In this document: positions 49,042 to 59,660 of the stretch, one piece after another
Layout: every line of letters begins with the position of its first letter
Numbering within the stretch: position 1 is the first letter of the stretch
Origin: Candidatus Aenigmatarchaeota archaeon
Lineage (GTDB): Archaea > Aenigmatarchaeota > Aenigmatarchaeia > CG10238-14 > SCSR01
Length of the DNA: 64,000 nt
Direction: 5' to 3'
NCBI GenBank assembly: GCA_038998335.1
Contig: JAVZHQ010000001.1
Span: forward strand, 1-64,000
The notes under the pieces: generated by a model
Databases searched by the model: none
What the model was told of the DNA's origin: nothing
Seen by the model: only the letters and a program-made list of their open reading frames with translations
Position numbers and translations under genes: made by a program

Positions 49042-51033
49042 ATGAGCTTTTTATTGGCAAGCAACCTTTCAAAAAACTCTTATATCTTAGCAGGAAAAAA
49101 AGTTTTTTTCTATAGATATTGTGATACTGGTTTTAAAACTAAATGGACAGGCTTATGGCAGGATTCGAAAAAATTTTTGGATTACTTTAGCTTTAAAATA
49201 AATGGAGCTTGGCTTTCTCCTGAAAATTGTAAGAGTTTTGAGTTTGGAGAAATAGACGCTACTCACTTCTTCAATTTAAAAGAAATTGAAGTAAAAGAAT
49301 TTTTACAAGTTCCTGAAAATTTGAATTCTTTTATTTCTTTGCTTACAATTCAAAACAATTCAGAAAAAGAAGAAAAGGTTAGAGTCGAGGTTGAGCTTGG
49401 AATTAACATAAGAGAAAGGGAAGAGAATTGGCACGATAGAAGTTACTTAACAAGGTTTCAAGATAATAAGTTAATAGTAGAGTCTGATAAAGGTTGTTTA
49501 GTGTTTGGAAGCTCTCCTGCAGGCATTTTTGAACAAAAACCAATTTATAAAGATCACTATCCTTCAGGAGAAAAACAAAGATGCTTTATTCCAGGGAATT
49601 ATTTCTTAGATTTTGCTCTTGCTCCTAAATCTTCAAAGGAAATTTTCTTTATTTTTTCCCTAGGAGAAAGCGAACTAGAGGCTTTAACAGAGTTCGAAAA
49701 GACAAAAACATCTTTATTCTCATTACTCTTTGAAAAGGAGAAAAAATATCAAGAGCTTTTAAACATGACAAGGTTTTCATCTGGTATAGAAGAGCTAGAT
49801 GAGCTTTTCAAGTGGAGTGTTATCAACCTTGAAAAGCTTGCTTTTAACTCAAAGTTTGGGTTTGGTTATTTTGCTGGTTATCCTTGGTTCACCCAATTTT
49901 GGGGTAGAGATTTAGGATGGATAATTCCTGCAATAGTTGATTTGGGTAAGTTTGAAGAGGCAAGAGAAGCTTTAAAAACTCTTGCAAGCTTTCAGTCAGA
50001 TGAAGGAAAAATTCCTAATGTTATTTATATGAACGGAAAAGTTGATTATAGCTCAGCAGACTCGACACCCCTTTGGATAATTGCTTTAAGCCATTATTTA
50101 AAGAATTCAGGCGATATAACTTTTATCAAGAGTTTAAAGAAGAATTTTCTCAAAGCTTTAGAATGGATAAGGTCGAAAGAGAATAAAGATGGCTTTATAG
50201 AGCACGAAGAAAAAGAAACTTGGATGGACACTCTAGAAAGAAAAAACGCTTTAGAAATTCAAGCGATGCTTGTAGCTTCCTTGAAAGCTGCCTCAGAGAT
50301 AGCAAAAATTTTCTGGGACGATAATGAGCTATGGCAAAAAGCTGTAAAACTTGAAAGAAAGTTTGAAAAAGTTTTTTGGAATGAGAAAGAAGGTTTCTAC
50401 GTTGATTTTATAAACGGAAGAAAAGCTAGAACAATAAACTCAATATTTCCTCTGTTCTTTGAAATCTCAACAAAACCAAAAAAGGTTTTAAAAATAGTAG
50501 AAAGCGAGGAGTTTACCTCAGAGTATGGGGTAAGAACAATATCAAAGCAAGATTCTGAATACAATCCTGCAGGCTATCACACAGGAAGCTCCTGGGCATG
50601 GATTATTGGTTTAGTAGCTTGCGCAGAATTTAAAAATAAAAATTACAAGAAAGCTTTAGATTATTTAAAAATCCTTTACAGAAATTTAAACCAGGATTGT
50701 GTTAAAAGTTTGGGCGAAGCTTGGAATTCTGAAAATAACGACATAAACCTTTGGAAAGTTAAATTTTCTGAGCCTGGGGCTTGCTTGCAAGGCTGGAGTT
50801 CTGCTTTGGTTGTAAGATGCGTAGATGAATTTTTGCTAGGAATGAAAGTCGATGCTAAGGAGAGGACAATTTTATTTTCACCTTCTCTTTGGCCAGGCGC
50901 AAAAATTTCAAGGAGAAAAAGAATAGGTAATGATTTTGTTGACTTTACGATAAAAAGAGTGAAAAATAAAGTAGAAGTAAGCTACAAAAGTGAGAATAAC
51001 TTAAAGTATAAAGTATTGCTCCATGCTAAATAA
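49042..51033 (+). CDS. Amylo-alpha-1,6-glucosidase / glycogen-debranching-enzyme-like protein
   Basis: AGYPWFTQFWGRD, SADSTPLW, TWMDT, YHTGSSW, QGWS. Confidence 0.88.
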   Translation: MSFLLASNLSKNSYILAGKKVFFYRYCDTGFKTKWTGLWQDSKKFLDYFSFKINGAWLSPENCKSFEFGEIDATHFFNLKEIEVKEFLQVPENLNSFISLLTIQNNSEKEEKVRVEVELGINIREREENWHDRSYLTRFQDNKLIVESDKGCLVFGSSPAGIFEQKPIYKDHYPSGEKQRCFIPGNYFLDFALAPKSSKEIFFIFSLGESELEALTEFEKTKTSLFSLLFEKEKKYQELLNMTRFSSGIEELDELFKWSVINLEKLAFNSKFGFGYFAGYPWFTQFWGRDLGWIIPAIVDLGKFEEAREALKTLASFQSDEGKIPNVIYMNGKVDYSSADSTPLWIIALSHYLKNSGDITFIKSLKKNFLKALEWIRSKENKDGFIEHEEKETWMDTLERKNALEIQAMLVASLKAASEIAKIFWDDNELWQKAVKLERKFEKVFWNEKEGFYVDFINGRKARTINSIFPLFFEISTKPKKVLKIVESEEFTSEYGVRTISKQDSEYNPAGYHTGSSWAWIIGLVACAEFKNKNYKKALDYLKILYRNLNQDCVKSLGEAWNSENNDINLWKVKFSEPGACLQGWSSALVVRCVDEFLLGMKVDAKERTILFSPSLWPGAKISRRKRIGNDFVDFTIKRVKNKVEVSYKSENNLKYKVLLHAK

Positions 51034-51229
51034 GCTTGTAAAAAGTCCCTTTTTTGTCTTTTATTATCTCTATTTTTCCCTCTCTTCCTAACCATCCTAA
51101 AGCTCCATAAACTTCGTTTAACTTTAGCTTACTTTCCTTTGCTATCATGTTAGCCGTTAAAGGTCCTTTAGAGTTTAAAACATGCCAGACTTTTCCTGCG
51201 TTAACACCAAAAACTTCCTCAGGCTTCAT
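51026..51229 (-). CDS. Small winged-helix protein (DUF2582-like)
   Basis: GVNAGKVWHVL...ALGWLGREGKI. Confidence 0.85.
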   Translation of the reverse strand: MKPEEVFGVNAGKVWHVLNSKGPLTANMIAKESKLKLNEVYGALGWLGREGKIEIIKDKKGTFYKLI

Positions 51230-51233
51230 AAAA

Positions 51234-51995
51234 TTAGGTTTGGTTTCCTATAAAATAAATTTTTTCATTCTTGAAAGGATCAAAAAGTATTTCCTTTAGC
51301 TTTTCTTCATCTTTTTCAAGAAGTTTTAATGGATTTTCTTTTTTCTTTAATCTTTTCATGAAGGAAAAAGTGCAGTTTCTGAAATTTGGGTTTGGTCTTA
51401 TTTCCAACTTATTCTTTGTAAGGAAAAGATGAAAGGGGAATCCTTTGTTTTTAATAGAAGAATAATCATGACCAGCAACTTCTGGGTAAAAAGTAGCAAA
51501 AAGAGTATCCTTCTTCCAGCAAACTGTTCTATGGTAAAATTTTGGATGAACAAAAATGGAATCTTTTTCCTTAAGTTTTATTATAAAAGTTTTGAAAGTT
51601 TGTTTTTCGGTTAGGATAAGAAAGCAATCATTTTTAATTATGTAGTAAGCCTCACCGCAATAAGTTTCATGAGCATGCCCATAGGTTGAGAAGAGTTCCC
51701 CTTCTTTAGACTCAGAGTAAACCCCAAACTTGAGTAAAGTTAAGTCGGAAGCGATTCTAGTTTTCTCAAAAATTTTTTTAAAAGTTTCTAAACTCTTCCA
51801 TAAGTTGTATTGTTCATAGACTATCAAATCCCCTTTAATTCTCAACATTTTTTCTGCATTCTTCAAATCAAGAATAACCTTATCTTGAATCAGTTGAGAA
51901 GCAAACCTTTTCCATCCTTCAACTTTTTGTCTAAAACTTAAAGTTAACCTATTATCTTTTTCTTTTAACTTAAACCCAAAATCTAACTTTGCCAT
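51234..51995 (-). CDS. Cupin-type glucose-6-phosphate isomerase-like protein
   Basis: GELFSTYGHAH...EAYY, HRTV, GHDYSSIKNKGF; glycogen cluster context. Confidence 0.7.
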   Translation of the reverse strand: MAKLDFGFKLKEKDNRLTLSFRQKVEGWKRFASQLIQDKVILDLKNAEKMLRIKGDLIVYEQYNLWKSLETFKKIFEKTRIASDLTLLKFGVYSESKEGELFSTYGHAHETYCGEAYYIIKNDCFLILTEKQTFKTFIIKLKEKDSIFVHPKFYHRTVCWKKDTLFATFYPEVAGHDYSSIKNKGFPFHLFLTKNKLEIRPNPNFRNCTFSFMKRLKKKENPLKLLEKDEEKLKEILFDPFKNEKIYFIGNQT

Positions 51996-52028
51996 AATTT
52001 AAAATTGTCAAGAATTAAAATAAATCAT

Positions 52029-53300
52029 ATGAGCTTAGCAATTTATGTTCCTTGGCTTCATATGCATCAACCTTTAATTTGGTTTAAAACTAACCAAGAA
52101 GAAAAGTTAATAAGCAACTTGGAAAAAATGCTTCTTTCTCAAGATACAAGAGAAAGTTGGGATGCTAAGCTTATAGCAAGAGCTTACAAAAACCCTGCAA
52201 AATACTTTAAACAACTTAAAGAAGAAGGATATAAACCAAGAATAATCCTTGACTTTTCTGGAATCCTACTAGAAAGTTTAGAAGAACTGGGAAATAGAGG
52301 AATTTTGGACCGAATAGAAGTTGAAGGAGAAAAGGTAGGAAATATAATAGAAATTTACAAGGAAGTTTTTAGGTTTGACGGAATAGAAATAGCAGGTTCA
52401 GCTTATTCTCATTGCTATTTTCCTGCAACTCCCGAAGAAGATTGGAACTTGCAAGTTGAAGAATGGAAAAAAACTTTTGAAAGAATTTTTGGAAAGAAAT
52501 ATTTAGAAAAAGTGAAAGGATTTTGGCTTCCTGAATTAGGCTTGCCAGCTTTTGAGGATAGAGTCTATAAACTTTTGAAAGTTTTGGAAGATAACGGTTA
52601 TGAATGGCTTATCTTGCCTTTACAAGCAGTCGAGAATTATGAAAACTTAAGTTATGAAGAAAGGATAAGAATAGCTTGCCAGCCACACATGCTTAAAATA
52701 AAAGACATTTCCTTTAAAGTGATTTTCAGGTTTCCAAGCTATATAATAGACCAGCAAGCTGGCTGTAACGCTGAAGAAGTTTATAAAAGAGCTTTTCAAA
52801 CCGCAAAAATTTTTAGAAAATTCAGTGAAAAACCTGCTTTAATAGTTCCGGCAAGCGACGGGGAAAACGGCAACGTTATGATGAATGAATTTTTCCCCCA
52901 AACTTTCATTCCATTTTTTAAAGAAAAAATTGATCAAAAAGTATCTTCACTAACAATTTCTGAATTTCTTGAAGAATACTATAAGAAAATTAAAGATGAG
53001 ATAAGAGTGAAAACCTTAGGAGCATCTTGGATTAATGGTCATAGGCTTTGGCTCGAGGGTACAAAAAAACTAGAAATTGCAAACAAAATAGCAAGCTTGA
53101 GTAAAAGATTTCATAAGTTAAAAGAAAAAATTGATAAAAAGAGTTCAGAAGAAATTAAGAAATTATTATTGATAGCAGAAACATCTTGCTATGTTTACTG
53201 GGGGACTGATTTTTGGTATAACCAGGGAGAAAAAACTATAAGAATAATAGAGGAAAAGCTTAAAAATCTTGAAAAAATTTATATGGGGAATAAAGTTTAA
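52029..53300 (+). CDS. Glycoside hydrolase family 57 protein
   Basis: HMHQP, DFSGILL, AYSHCYFP, GFWLPE, SDGENG, AETSCYVYWG; likely ATG at 52029. Confidence 0.88.
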   Translation: MSLAIYVPWLHMHQPLIWFKTNQEEKLISNLEKMLLSQDTRESWDAKLIARAYKNPAKYFKQLKEEGYKPRIILDFSGILLESLEELGNRGILDRIEVEGEKVGNIIEIYKEVFRFDGIEIAGSAYSHCYFPATPEEDWNLQVEEWKKTFERIFGKKYLEKVKGFWLPELGLPAFEDRVYKLLKVLEDNGYEWLILPLQAVENYENLSYEERIRIACQPHMLKIKDISFKVIFRFPSYIIDQQAGCNAEEVYKRAFQTAKIFRKFSEKPALIVPASDGENGNVMMNEFFPQTFIPFFKEKIDQKVSSLTISEFLEEYYKKIKDEIRVKTLGASWINGHRLWLEGTKKLEIANKIASLSKRFHKLKEKIDKKSSEEIKKLLLIAETSCYVYWGTDFWYNQGEKTIRIIEEKLKNLEKIYMGNKV

Positions 53301-53323
53301 TATATTAATATCGGGGTTAAAGA

Positions 53324-54493
53324 ATGAGGATTGCTTTCTTTTCTTGGGAATCGCTGCATTCGATTCCGGTAGGAGGAATAGCAGTTCATGTAACTGAGCT
53401 TGCGGCAGCACTTCAAAGAAGAGGGCATGAGGTTCATGTTTTCACAAGAATAGGACCGAATCAGCAAATTTATGAATGTATAGATGGTGTGCATTACCAT
53501 AGATGCCCTTTCAACTTTCATTCTGATTTCATTCAAGAAATGCATAACATGAGCAAGTCTATGGTCCATTATTTCTGCGAAACAGAAAATTATGTAGGAA
53601 ATTTTGATATAGTTCATGGTCATGACTGGCATGTTGTCAGCGCTTTAGACGAGATTAAAAAAATAAGAAATAAAAAAATAGTCTGGACTTTACATTCAAC
53701 TCAGTTTGGAAGAGATGGAAATCATTTTCATGACGGTAAGGCAAACGATATAAAAAATATAGAATGGTACGGAACCTATATAGCTGACAGGCTAATAGTT
53801 TGTTCCCAAACTATGAAAAATGAAGCTCAATGGGTTCATAGAGTTCCTGAGTGGAAGATCAGGGTTATACATAATGGAATTTCTGCCCATAAGTTCAATG
53901 GTTTTATAGACCCTTGGAATGACGTGAAGAAAAGGTATGGAATAGGACCTTTAGATCCTGTTGCTGTTTTCATCGGAAGAATGACCTATCAAAAAGGTCC
54001 TGATTTGCTTATGGAAGCTATTCCTGATGTTTTAAACTCTTTCCCAAACGCAAAATTTTTCTTCGTAGGTGATGGTTACATGAAGTCTCAAATAGAGCAT
54101 AGAGCAAGAGAGCTAAATGTTTCCCATGCAATAAGATTTACTGGTTATGTTTCAGAGGAAGAGAAAATGAAGATTCTAAAAGCTTGTGATTGCGTTGTTG
54201 TTCCTAGCAGGAATGAACCTTTTGGTATAGTAGTTTTAGAAGGATGGGCAGCAGGAAAACCAGTAATAGCTACTCATGGAACAGGAGCAGGAGAAATAAT
54301 TTGGCATGAAGTTACAGGGCTAAGAGTTTATCAAGCTCCCAATTCAATTGCTTGGGGGATAAAATATATTTTCTCAAACTTCGAAAAGGCAAGGTGGATG
54401 GGAGGTAACGGAAGAAAAGCAGCAGAGGAAGCTTTTAGCTGGGATAGGATAGCTTATTACACGGAGCAAGTTTATAAGGAGTTAGTAGGATAG
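53324..54493 (+). CDS. Glycosyltransferase family 4
   Basis: SWESLHSIPVGG, HGHDWH, GRMTYQKG, PSRNEPFGIVVLE. Confidence 0.92.
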   Translation: MRIAFFSWESLHSIPVGGIAVHVTELAAALQRRGHEVHVFTRIGPNQQIYECIDGVHYHRCPFNFHSDFIQEMHNMSKSMVHYFCETENYVGNFDIVHGHDWHVVSALDEIKKIRNKKIVWTLHSTQFGRDGNHFHDGKANDIKNIEWYGTYIADRLIVCSQTMKNEAQWVHRVPEWKIRVIHNGISAHKFNGFIDPWNDVKKRYGIGPLDPVAVFIGRMTYQKGPDLLMEAIPDVLNSFPNAKFFFVGDGYMKSQIEHRARELNVSHAIRFTGYVSEEEKMKILKACDCVVVPSRNEPFGIVVLEGWAAGKPVIATHGTGAGEIIWHEVTGLRVYQAPNSIAWGIKYIFSNFEKARWMGGNGRKAAEEAFSWDRIAYYTEQVYKELVG

Positions 54494-54559
54494 TTTTTTA
54501 ATTGACCGATAAATTTAAGTAAGGGTTAAAGTAATTTGGTATTATTACAAGGTGAAAAA

Positions 54560-54781
54560 ATGAAATGTTGGTTTTGTGAAAAGGACGCTCGCGGAGTATG
54601 CATAGTTTGCGGAAGAGCGGTTTGCTACGAGCATGCTGACAAGCTAGATCAGTTTACACATGCTAAAAGTGATACTTGTTCTGGATTTGCGAGTTATGAA
54701 AAAGGTTTTAATGTTTTGAAGTGTAGAGAATGCAAGCTAGAATGGGAAAGTTGGGAACAAGGGAAAAGGATAATCAAGTAA
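54560..54781 (+). CDS. Small Zn-finger protein
   Basis: CWFC..CIVCGRAVCYEH..CREC; aggtga SD-like site upstream of ATG 54560. Confidence 0.7.
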   Translation: MKCWFCEKDARGVCIVCGRAVCYEHADKLDQFTHAKSDTCSGFASYEKGFNVLKCRECKLEWESWEQGKRIIK

Positions 54782-54784
54782 AAT

Positions 54785-55831
54785 TTAAAATAAACCCAAA
54801 TATTTTCCTGCTATTATAAACATAGCATGACTCCAAGCCAAAGGAATTATAGAAGCTGGCTTACCATTTTTAATTTGTTCTGGTAGCTTTTCTTCAACCC
54901 TTTCTAAAACCCAGTTAAAATACTCTAAAGCTTTAACTCTATTTCCAGCTAAGCAAAAATAAATAGAAAGCCAAAAGTTTAAAACAGGCCAAGCTCCCCC
55001 TTCTTTTCTTCTTAAATAGCCTGCGTACTTATCTCCCTTATAACGCATAATTCCTTTTCCTTCTGTTGAGTTTTCTTCTATTATTTTTTCTACAGTAGAA
55101 ACAATTCTAGAGTCTTTCGCGTCAAAAACTTGAGAAGGCCAAACTAGGCCTAGTAAAGAAGAATCTACAATTTTATCTTTTTCTGAGTTAAACTTTCTAA
55201 CAAAACATTTACTTTCTTCATCATAAGCTCTTTCTATTCTTGCTCTCATTTGTTTTAGGCATTCTTCCCACCTTTTGTTCGGGCCAATTAGCTTTAAGGC
55301 ACACTCTAAACCTTTAATACACATAGCTAAAGAATAAGTAAAGTTTTCCTGTTTTTTTGGCGTAGCAACCCTTTCTTCCCATAAGTCATAATGTCTTTTG
55401 AAGCAACTTCCTTTCCATGAATTACAAATTCCCTCAGCAATTCTTTTGGCTAATTCGTTAAATTGGTTAGTTGAAAAAATCTCAGAATGATTATAAATTG
55501 CCCAGAGCAAGGTTCCTAGTTGGTCGGGCTGAAATTGCCTTCCATACATCTTTCCACTAGGATAATATCGCATGTAAAAAATTCCCTCTTCTTTAAATCT
55601 TTCAGCCTCCCAGCACCACTCGAAAAATTTTTCAGGAATTTTCTTGATTTTTAGCAAATCACAAGCATAACACACAAAGCTTGCATCCCTAGGCCAAACA
55701 TAAAAGTAATTTTTTACACCTTTTGGATAGTCTGGGTCATAAATGTTAGAAGCAACTATCGCTCCATTTCTCAAAGAGCATTCTTTAAAAACCTCTATAC
55801 TTCTTTTAAAAATTCTTTCAACTTTATCCAT
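54785..55831 (-). CDS. Glycoside hydrolase family 15 (glucoamylase-like)
   Basis: YVWPRDAS, QPDQLG, DLWEE, RYKGDKY, LPEQ, PLAWSHAM. Confidence 0.9.
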   Translation of the reverse strand: MDKVERIFKRSIEVFKECSLRNGAIVASNIYDPDYPKGVKNYFYVWPRDASFVCYACDLLKIKKIPEKFFEWCWEAERFKEEGIFYMRYYPSGKMYGRQFQPDQLGTLLWAIYNHSEIFSTNQFNELAKRIAEGICNSWKGSCFKRHYDLWEERVATPKKQENFTYSLAMCIKGLECALKLIGPNKRWEECLKQMRARIERAYDEESKCFVRKFNSEKDKIVDSSLLGLVWPSQVFDAKDSRIVSTVEKIIEENSTEGKGIMRYKGDKYAGYLRRKEGGAWPVLNFWLSIYFCLAGNRVKALEYFNWVLERVEEKLPEQIKNGKPASIIPLAWSHAMFIIAGKYLGLF

Positions 55832-56747
55832 ATTCTTTCCTTACTATTCCCTCAACATCTTTTCTTGTTGGAAATCTTTCATCACCAAACCTTGAGATAG
55901 CAAAAGAAGCTAACGCATTTCCATAAATTCCAGCTTTTTCAATTTTTTTGTGTTTCAAATAACCAAAAACAAAACCTGCGTTAAAAAAATCACCTGCTCC
56001 TGTAGGGTTTATCGCTTTAGTTTTTATAGCACTAATCCTAAAAGTTTTCTCATGGTTAGAAACTAGACATCCTTTTTCTCCTAATTTCAAAGCAACATTT
56101 TTACAACCAAAGCTTAAAATTTTTTCAACAATTTTTTCTTCATCTTTTTCTTTTGTTAAAATTTTTCCTTCTTCAAAATCTGGGAAGAAAAAATCAACAA
56201 ATTTCAAGTTGTTCTTTAGTTCTCTTAAATCGCAGTTTATTCCACTTTTTAAGTCAGGCTCTAAGCAGGTTATCATTCTTTTTTCTTTTGCATAATTTAA
56301 AACTTTTCTTACATCTTTTTGAAAACTTTTCTGTAGATTGTAGCCTCCAATGTACAAAACATTTCCTTTTATTTCTTTAAATTTAAAATCTTTCAAGGAA
56401 AACAAAGAGTTCGTTCCTCTAAAAGTTAATAAAGAGCGTGAGCCGTCTTTAAAATGAATTCCTATACTTATTCCTGTCTCTTTGCTTATTCTTTTTATTC
56501 TGCTTTCAACTCCAAACTTTTTGATCTCTTTTGCAACAAACTCTCCAAAAAAATCATTTCCAACTAAACCGATAAACCTTGTTTTTACCCCAAGCTTAGA
56601 AATTGCCATAGCAAAGTGAGCAGATCCTCCTCCAACTTCAAGTTTAGCACAATCTATCAAAACTTGAGAATCTTTTTTTGGATATTTTTCTATAGGAGAA
56701 GTCAAAACATCAACATTTATATCACCAATAACAGTTACTTTAGCCAT
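55824..56747 (-). CDS. PfkB/ribokinase-family carbohydrate kinase
   Basis: GGGSAH, GLVGNDFFG, KLGEKG, PTGAGDFFNAGF. Confidence 0.9.
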   Translation of the reverse strand: MAKVTVIGDINVDVLTSPIEKYPKKDSQVLIDCAKLEVGGGSAHFAMAISKLGVKTRFIGLVGNDFFGEFVAKEIKKFGVESRIKRISKETGISIGIHFKDGSRSLLTFRGTNSLFSLKDFKFKEIKGNVLYIGGYNLQKSFQKDVRKVLNYAKEKRMITCLEPDLKSGINCDLRELKNNLKFVDFFFPDFEEGKILTKEKDEEKIVEKILSFGCKNVALKLGEKGCLVSNHEKTFRISAIKTKAINPTGAGDFFNAGFVFGYLKHKKIEKAGIYGNALASFAISRFGDERFPTRKDVEGIVRKEYG

Positions 56748-58071
56748 ACACTTCCCTTAATTTTTCCTTTATAAAATCTGAGTATTTTTTTACTAACTTT
56801 TTTAATCTTTTCTCATTTTTTGCTTCAACACAGAGATTAATTTCTGGCATAGTTTGACTTGCTCTAATTAAAACCCATTCATCTTCGCTTAAATCTATCT
56901 TAACACCATCCATAAGGTTTAAGGCATTTGGAAATTCTGATTTTATTTTCTCTATTACCTTTATCTTTTTTTCATCGTCATCTGCGTTGATGTATATTTT
57001 TTCAGTGGGATTAAGCTTGATTTTATCAACAAAATAAGAAAGTTTTTTCTTACTTTCATTCAACACTTTTACCATTAATAAAGTAGCAAGTATTCCGTCT
57101 GAAAAAGGATAGAATTCGTTAAAGTAGAAATGCGAACTTTGCTCTCCTGCAAAGATTGCTTTTTCTTCTACACATTTTCTTTCTATAAAACCATGACCAA
57201 CTCTCCACCATATAAGCTTTCCTTTCATTTTTTCTACTATTTTTTTAAGCTTGCTTGCACAATCTGCCGTGAGAATTACTTTCCCCTTCTTCTTTTTTAG
57301 AAAGTTTTTAACAAAAATTGCGCTTACTATACTTCCGTTTAATTCTCTGCCTTTATCATCAACAAAAATGCTTCTGTCTGCATCGCCGTCGAAAGCAACT
57401 CCAAACAAAGGCTTTTCTTCCTTAACTCTTTGAATAAGAAGCTTTAGATTTTCCCCTTTGGGTTCAGGTCTTTCAACACCATAAAAGTCTTTATCAGGAT
57501 TTTCATGTAAGCCTATAACTTCAAGCCCAAAATCTTTAAACAAAGAATTTGCAAGTGTTCCTGCCCCACCAAAAAATTCAACTACTATTTTCCCTTTCAA
57601 TTTTCCTATTCTTTTAAACAAAAAGTTCTTGTAGTCTTCTATAGCATTTCCATACTTTAAAACACTTCCTTTTCCTTCCAAAAAATTTTTTGAATCAAAA
57701 ATTCTTTCTATTTCTTTTATTTCTTCAAGAAAGCTTGTACCATCTGGTTTAATCATTTTAAAGCCGTTCCACTCCTTTGGGCTATGGGAGCTTGTAATCA
57801 TGCAACCAAAAGTTTTGTTCTTCCAGCAATAAAAATAAGCTACAGGATTAGGAACCATTCCTAAGGAAATTACTTTACAGCCAGTAGAAACTAGGCCAGA
57901 AGAAAACTTTTCAAACAAGGCAGGAGAAGAGGCTCTTGTATCATAGCCTATAGCAACACTTTCCTTTCCTTTTAAAAAAGTTCCTAGGGCTTTACCGATT
58001 TTAAAAGCAGTTTCTTCTGTTAAATCTTTTCCGTATATTCCGCGAATATCGTAAGCTCTAAAAATTCCCAT
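56740..58071 (-). CDS. Phosphoglucomutase/phosphomannomutase
   Basis: IFRAYDIRG, TSSHSP, FDGDADR, GEQSSH, IRASQT; likely ATG at 58071. Confidence 0.92.
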   Translation of the reverse strand: MGIFRAYDIRGIYGKDLTEETAFKIGKALGTFLKGKESVAIGYDTRASSPALFEKFSSGLVSTGCKVISLGMVPNPVAYFYCWKNKTFGCMITSSHSPKEWNGFKMIKPDGTSFLEEIKEIERIFDSKNFLEGKGSVLKYGNAIEDYKNFLFKRIGKLKGKIVVEFFGGAGTLANSLFKDFGLEVIGLHENPDKDFYGVERPEPKGENLKLLIQRVKEEKPLFGVAFDGDADRSIFVDDKGRELNGSIVSAIFVKNFLKKKKGKVILTADCASKLKKIVEKMKGKLIWWRVGHGFIERKCVEEKAIFAGEQSSHFYFNEFYPFSDGILATLLMVKVLNESKKKLSYFVDKIKLNPTEKIYINADDDEKKIKVIEKIKSEFPNALNLMDGVKIDLSEDEWVLIRASQTMPEINLCVEAKNEKRLKKLVKKYSDFIKEKLREVYG

Positions 58072-58113
58072 ATATTTTAAGTATAAAAACAATAAAATAA
58101 TTTTTAAGGTTTT

Positions 58114-59637
58114 ATGATGGAGAATAAAATTCTTCCAAATCTGGAAAATTTAATAATGGTTACCCCTGAGTTAAAAAGTTTTAAGTCAAAGGTTGGTGGT
58201 TTAGGAGATGTAGCAGAAGAGCTTAGTAAAGCTTTAGCAGACTTAGGAATTAAGGTAACAATCGTAAGCATTCTTTACAAAAAAGCTAGAAAAGAAGTTG
58301 AGGAAAACGGAAAAATTGTTATAAAAACTTTTGATGCAGATTATTCTGATTTGCCTATAGAAGACACAGGTAAGGAAGTTGAGGTTGATGTGGCAGGAGA
58401 AAAAGTTGTTGCAAAAATAAAAAAGTCAAAAGTAGGAAATGCAGATGTTATTTTTCTTGAAAACGGAAAGTATGGTGAGCTAGTTTATGGTGGAGATTTG
58501 CTAAAACAAGCAATCTTCATAGGAAGAGGAACCTTAGAAGCCTTGAGAGTTATGGGGATTAAGCCAACAATAATTCACATGCATGATGGTTTAACTGGTT
58601 TAGTCACTTTTCTTAGAACTGACGAAAGGTATTCGAAAGATGAGTTTTTAAACAAAGCAAAACTCGTTTTTACTGTTCACAACGCAGGCTATGCTTATCA
58701 GCAAATTTTCGATGCTAACAGGTTTGACGAGCTTGGCATAGATAGAATACACTGGGATGGTATAGTTTGGAATGGTAAGATAAATTTAACTTATGCTGCT
58801 TTGTTCCATTGTCAAAAATGTAATACTGTAAGTAAAGACTATGCTTTAACTTTAAGGAGCGATGGTGAAGGCCTAGGACCTATGTTTAGGAAAAAGGATA
58901 TAATAGGAATAGTTAATGGTATCGATGTAGAATACTGGAAGATAAAAAGAGAGAAAAGAGAAGCGAAGCTAGAGCTGATAAAAACTATGAAAAAATATGG
59001 AGTAAGCCTTAACCCAAACAAGTTTACAATAGTTATCCCAAGAAGGATAAGCTACCAAAAAGGTTGGGATACCGTTCTAAAAATTTTGAAAGAAATAGTG
59101 AAAGAAAGAAGTGAAGGAGGTTTGGGAGCACAACTAATTATTCTTGGAAGAGCTCATGAAAACGATCCTTTGGGTCAAGAATGGGTAAGAGAGTTTAAAA
59201 GATTAGTAAAAGAGTTAAAAAATAACTTTGTTTTCATCAATACTTTTGACCAATCTCTTGCAAAATTAATGTACGAAGGTGGAGACCTTTTACTTTACCC
59301 TTCTCTTCCTGATAAAGAGCCTTGTGGTACTGGCTATATGATAGCAATGGTAAACATGACACCAACGGTTGGAACAGATACTGGCGGATTAGTAGAGGTT
59401 ATAGAAGAATTTGACCCAGAAACTTTAAGAGGGAATGGTTTTAAAGTTCCAAAAAAAGAATACTCGCCAGAAGCTTTTTATGCAAAAATTTCTAAGGCTA
59501 TTGAGATATTTCTTTTCTATCCTCAAAAATGGAAAAAACTAATAGAAAATTGTATGAAAACTGATGTAAGCATGGAAAAAGTTGCAAAGGAATATGTTTA
59601 CAGAATTTATAAACCTGTTCTTGAAACAGAAATTTAA
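58114..59637 (+). CDS. glgA: Glycogen/starch synthase (GT5)
   Basis: KVGGLGDV, FTVHNAGY, GIVNGID, RISYQKG, EPCG, TGGLVE. Confidence 0.85.
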   Translation: MMENKILPNLENLIMVTPELKSFKSKVGGLGDVAEELSKALADLGIKVTIVSILYKKARKEVEENGKIVIKTFDADYSDLPIEDTGKEVEVDVAGEKVVAKIKKSKVGNADVIFLENGKYGELVYGGDLLKQAIFIGRGTLEALRVMGIKPTIIHMHDGLTGLVTFLRTDERYSKDEFLNKAKLVFTVHNAGYAYQQIFDANRFDELGIDRIHWDGIVWNGKINLTYAALFHCQKCNTVSKDYALTLRSDGEGLGPMFRKKDIIGIVNGIDVEYWKIKREKREAKLELIKTMKKYGVSLNPNKFTIVIPRRISYQKGWDTVLKILKEIVKERSEGGLGAQLIILGRAHENDPLGQEWVREFKRLVKELKNNFVFINTFDQSLAKLMYEGGDLLLYPSLPDKEPCGTGYMIAMVNMTPTVGTDTGGLVEVIEEFDPETLRGNGFKVPKKEYSPEAFYAKISKAIEIFLFYPQKWKKLIENCMKTDVSMEKVAKEYVYRIYKPVLETEI

Positions 59638-59660
59638 TTTATTAAACAAAAATAAAATTT

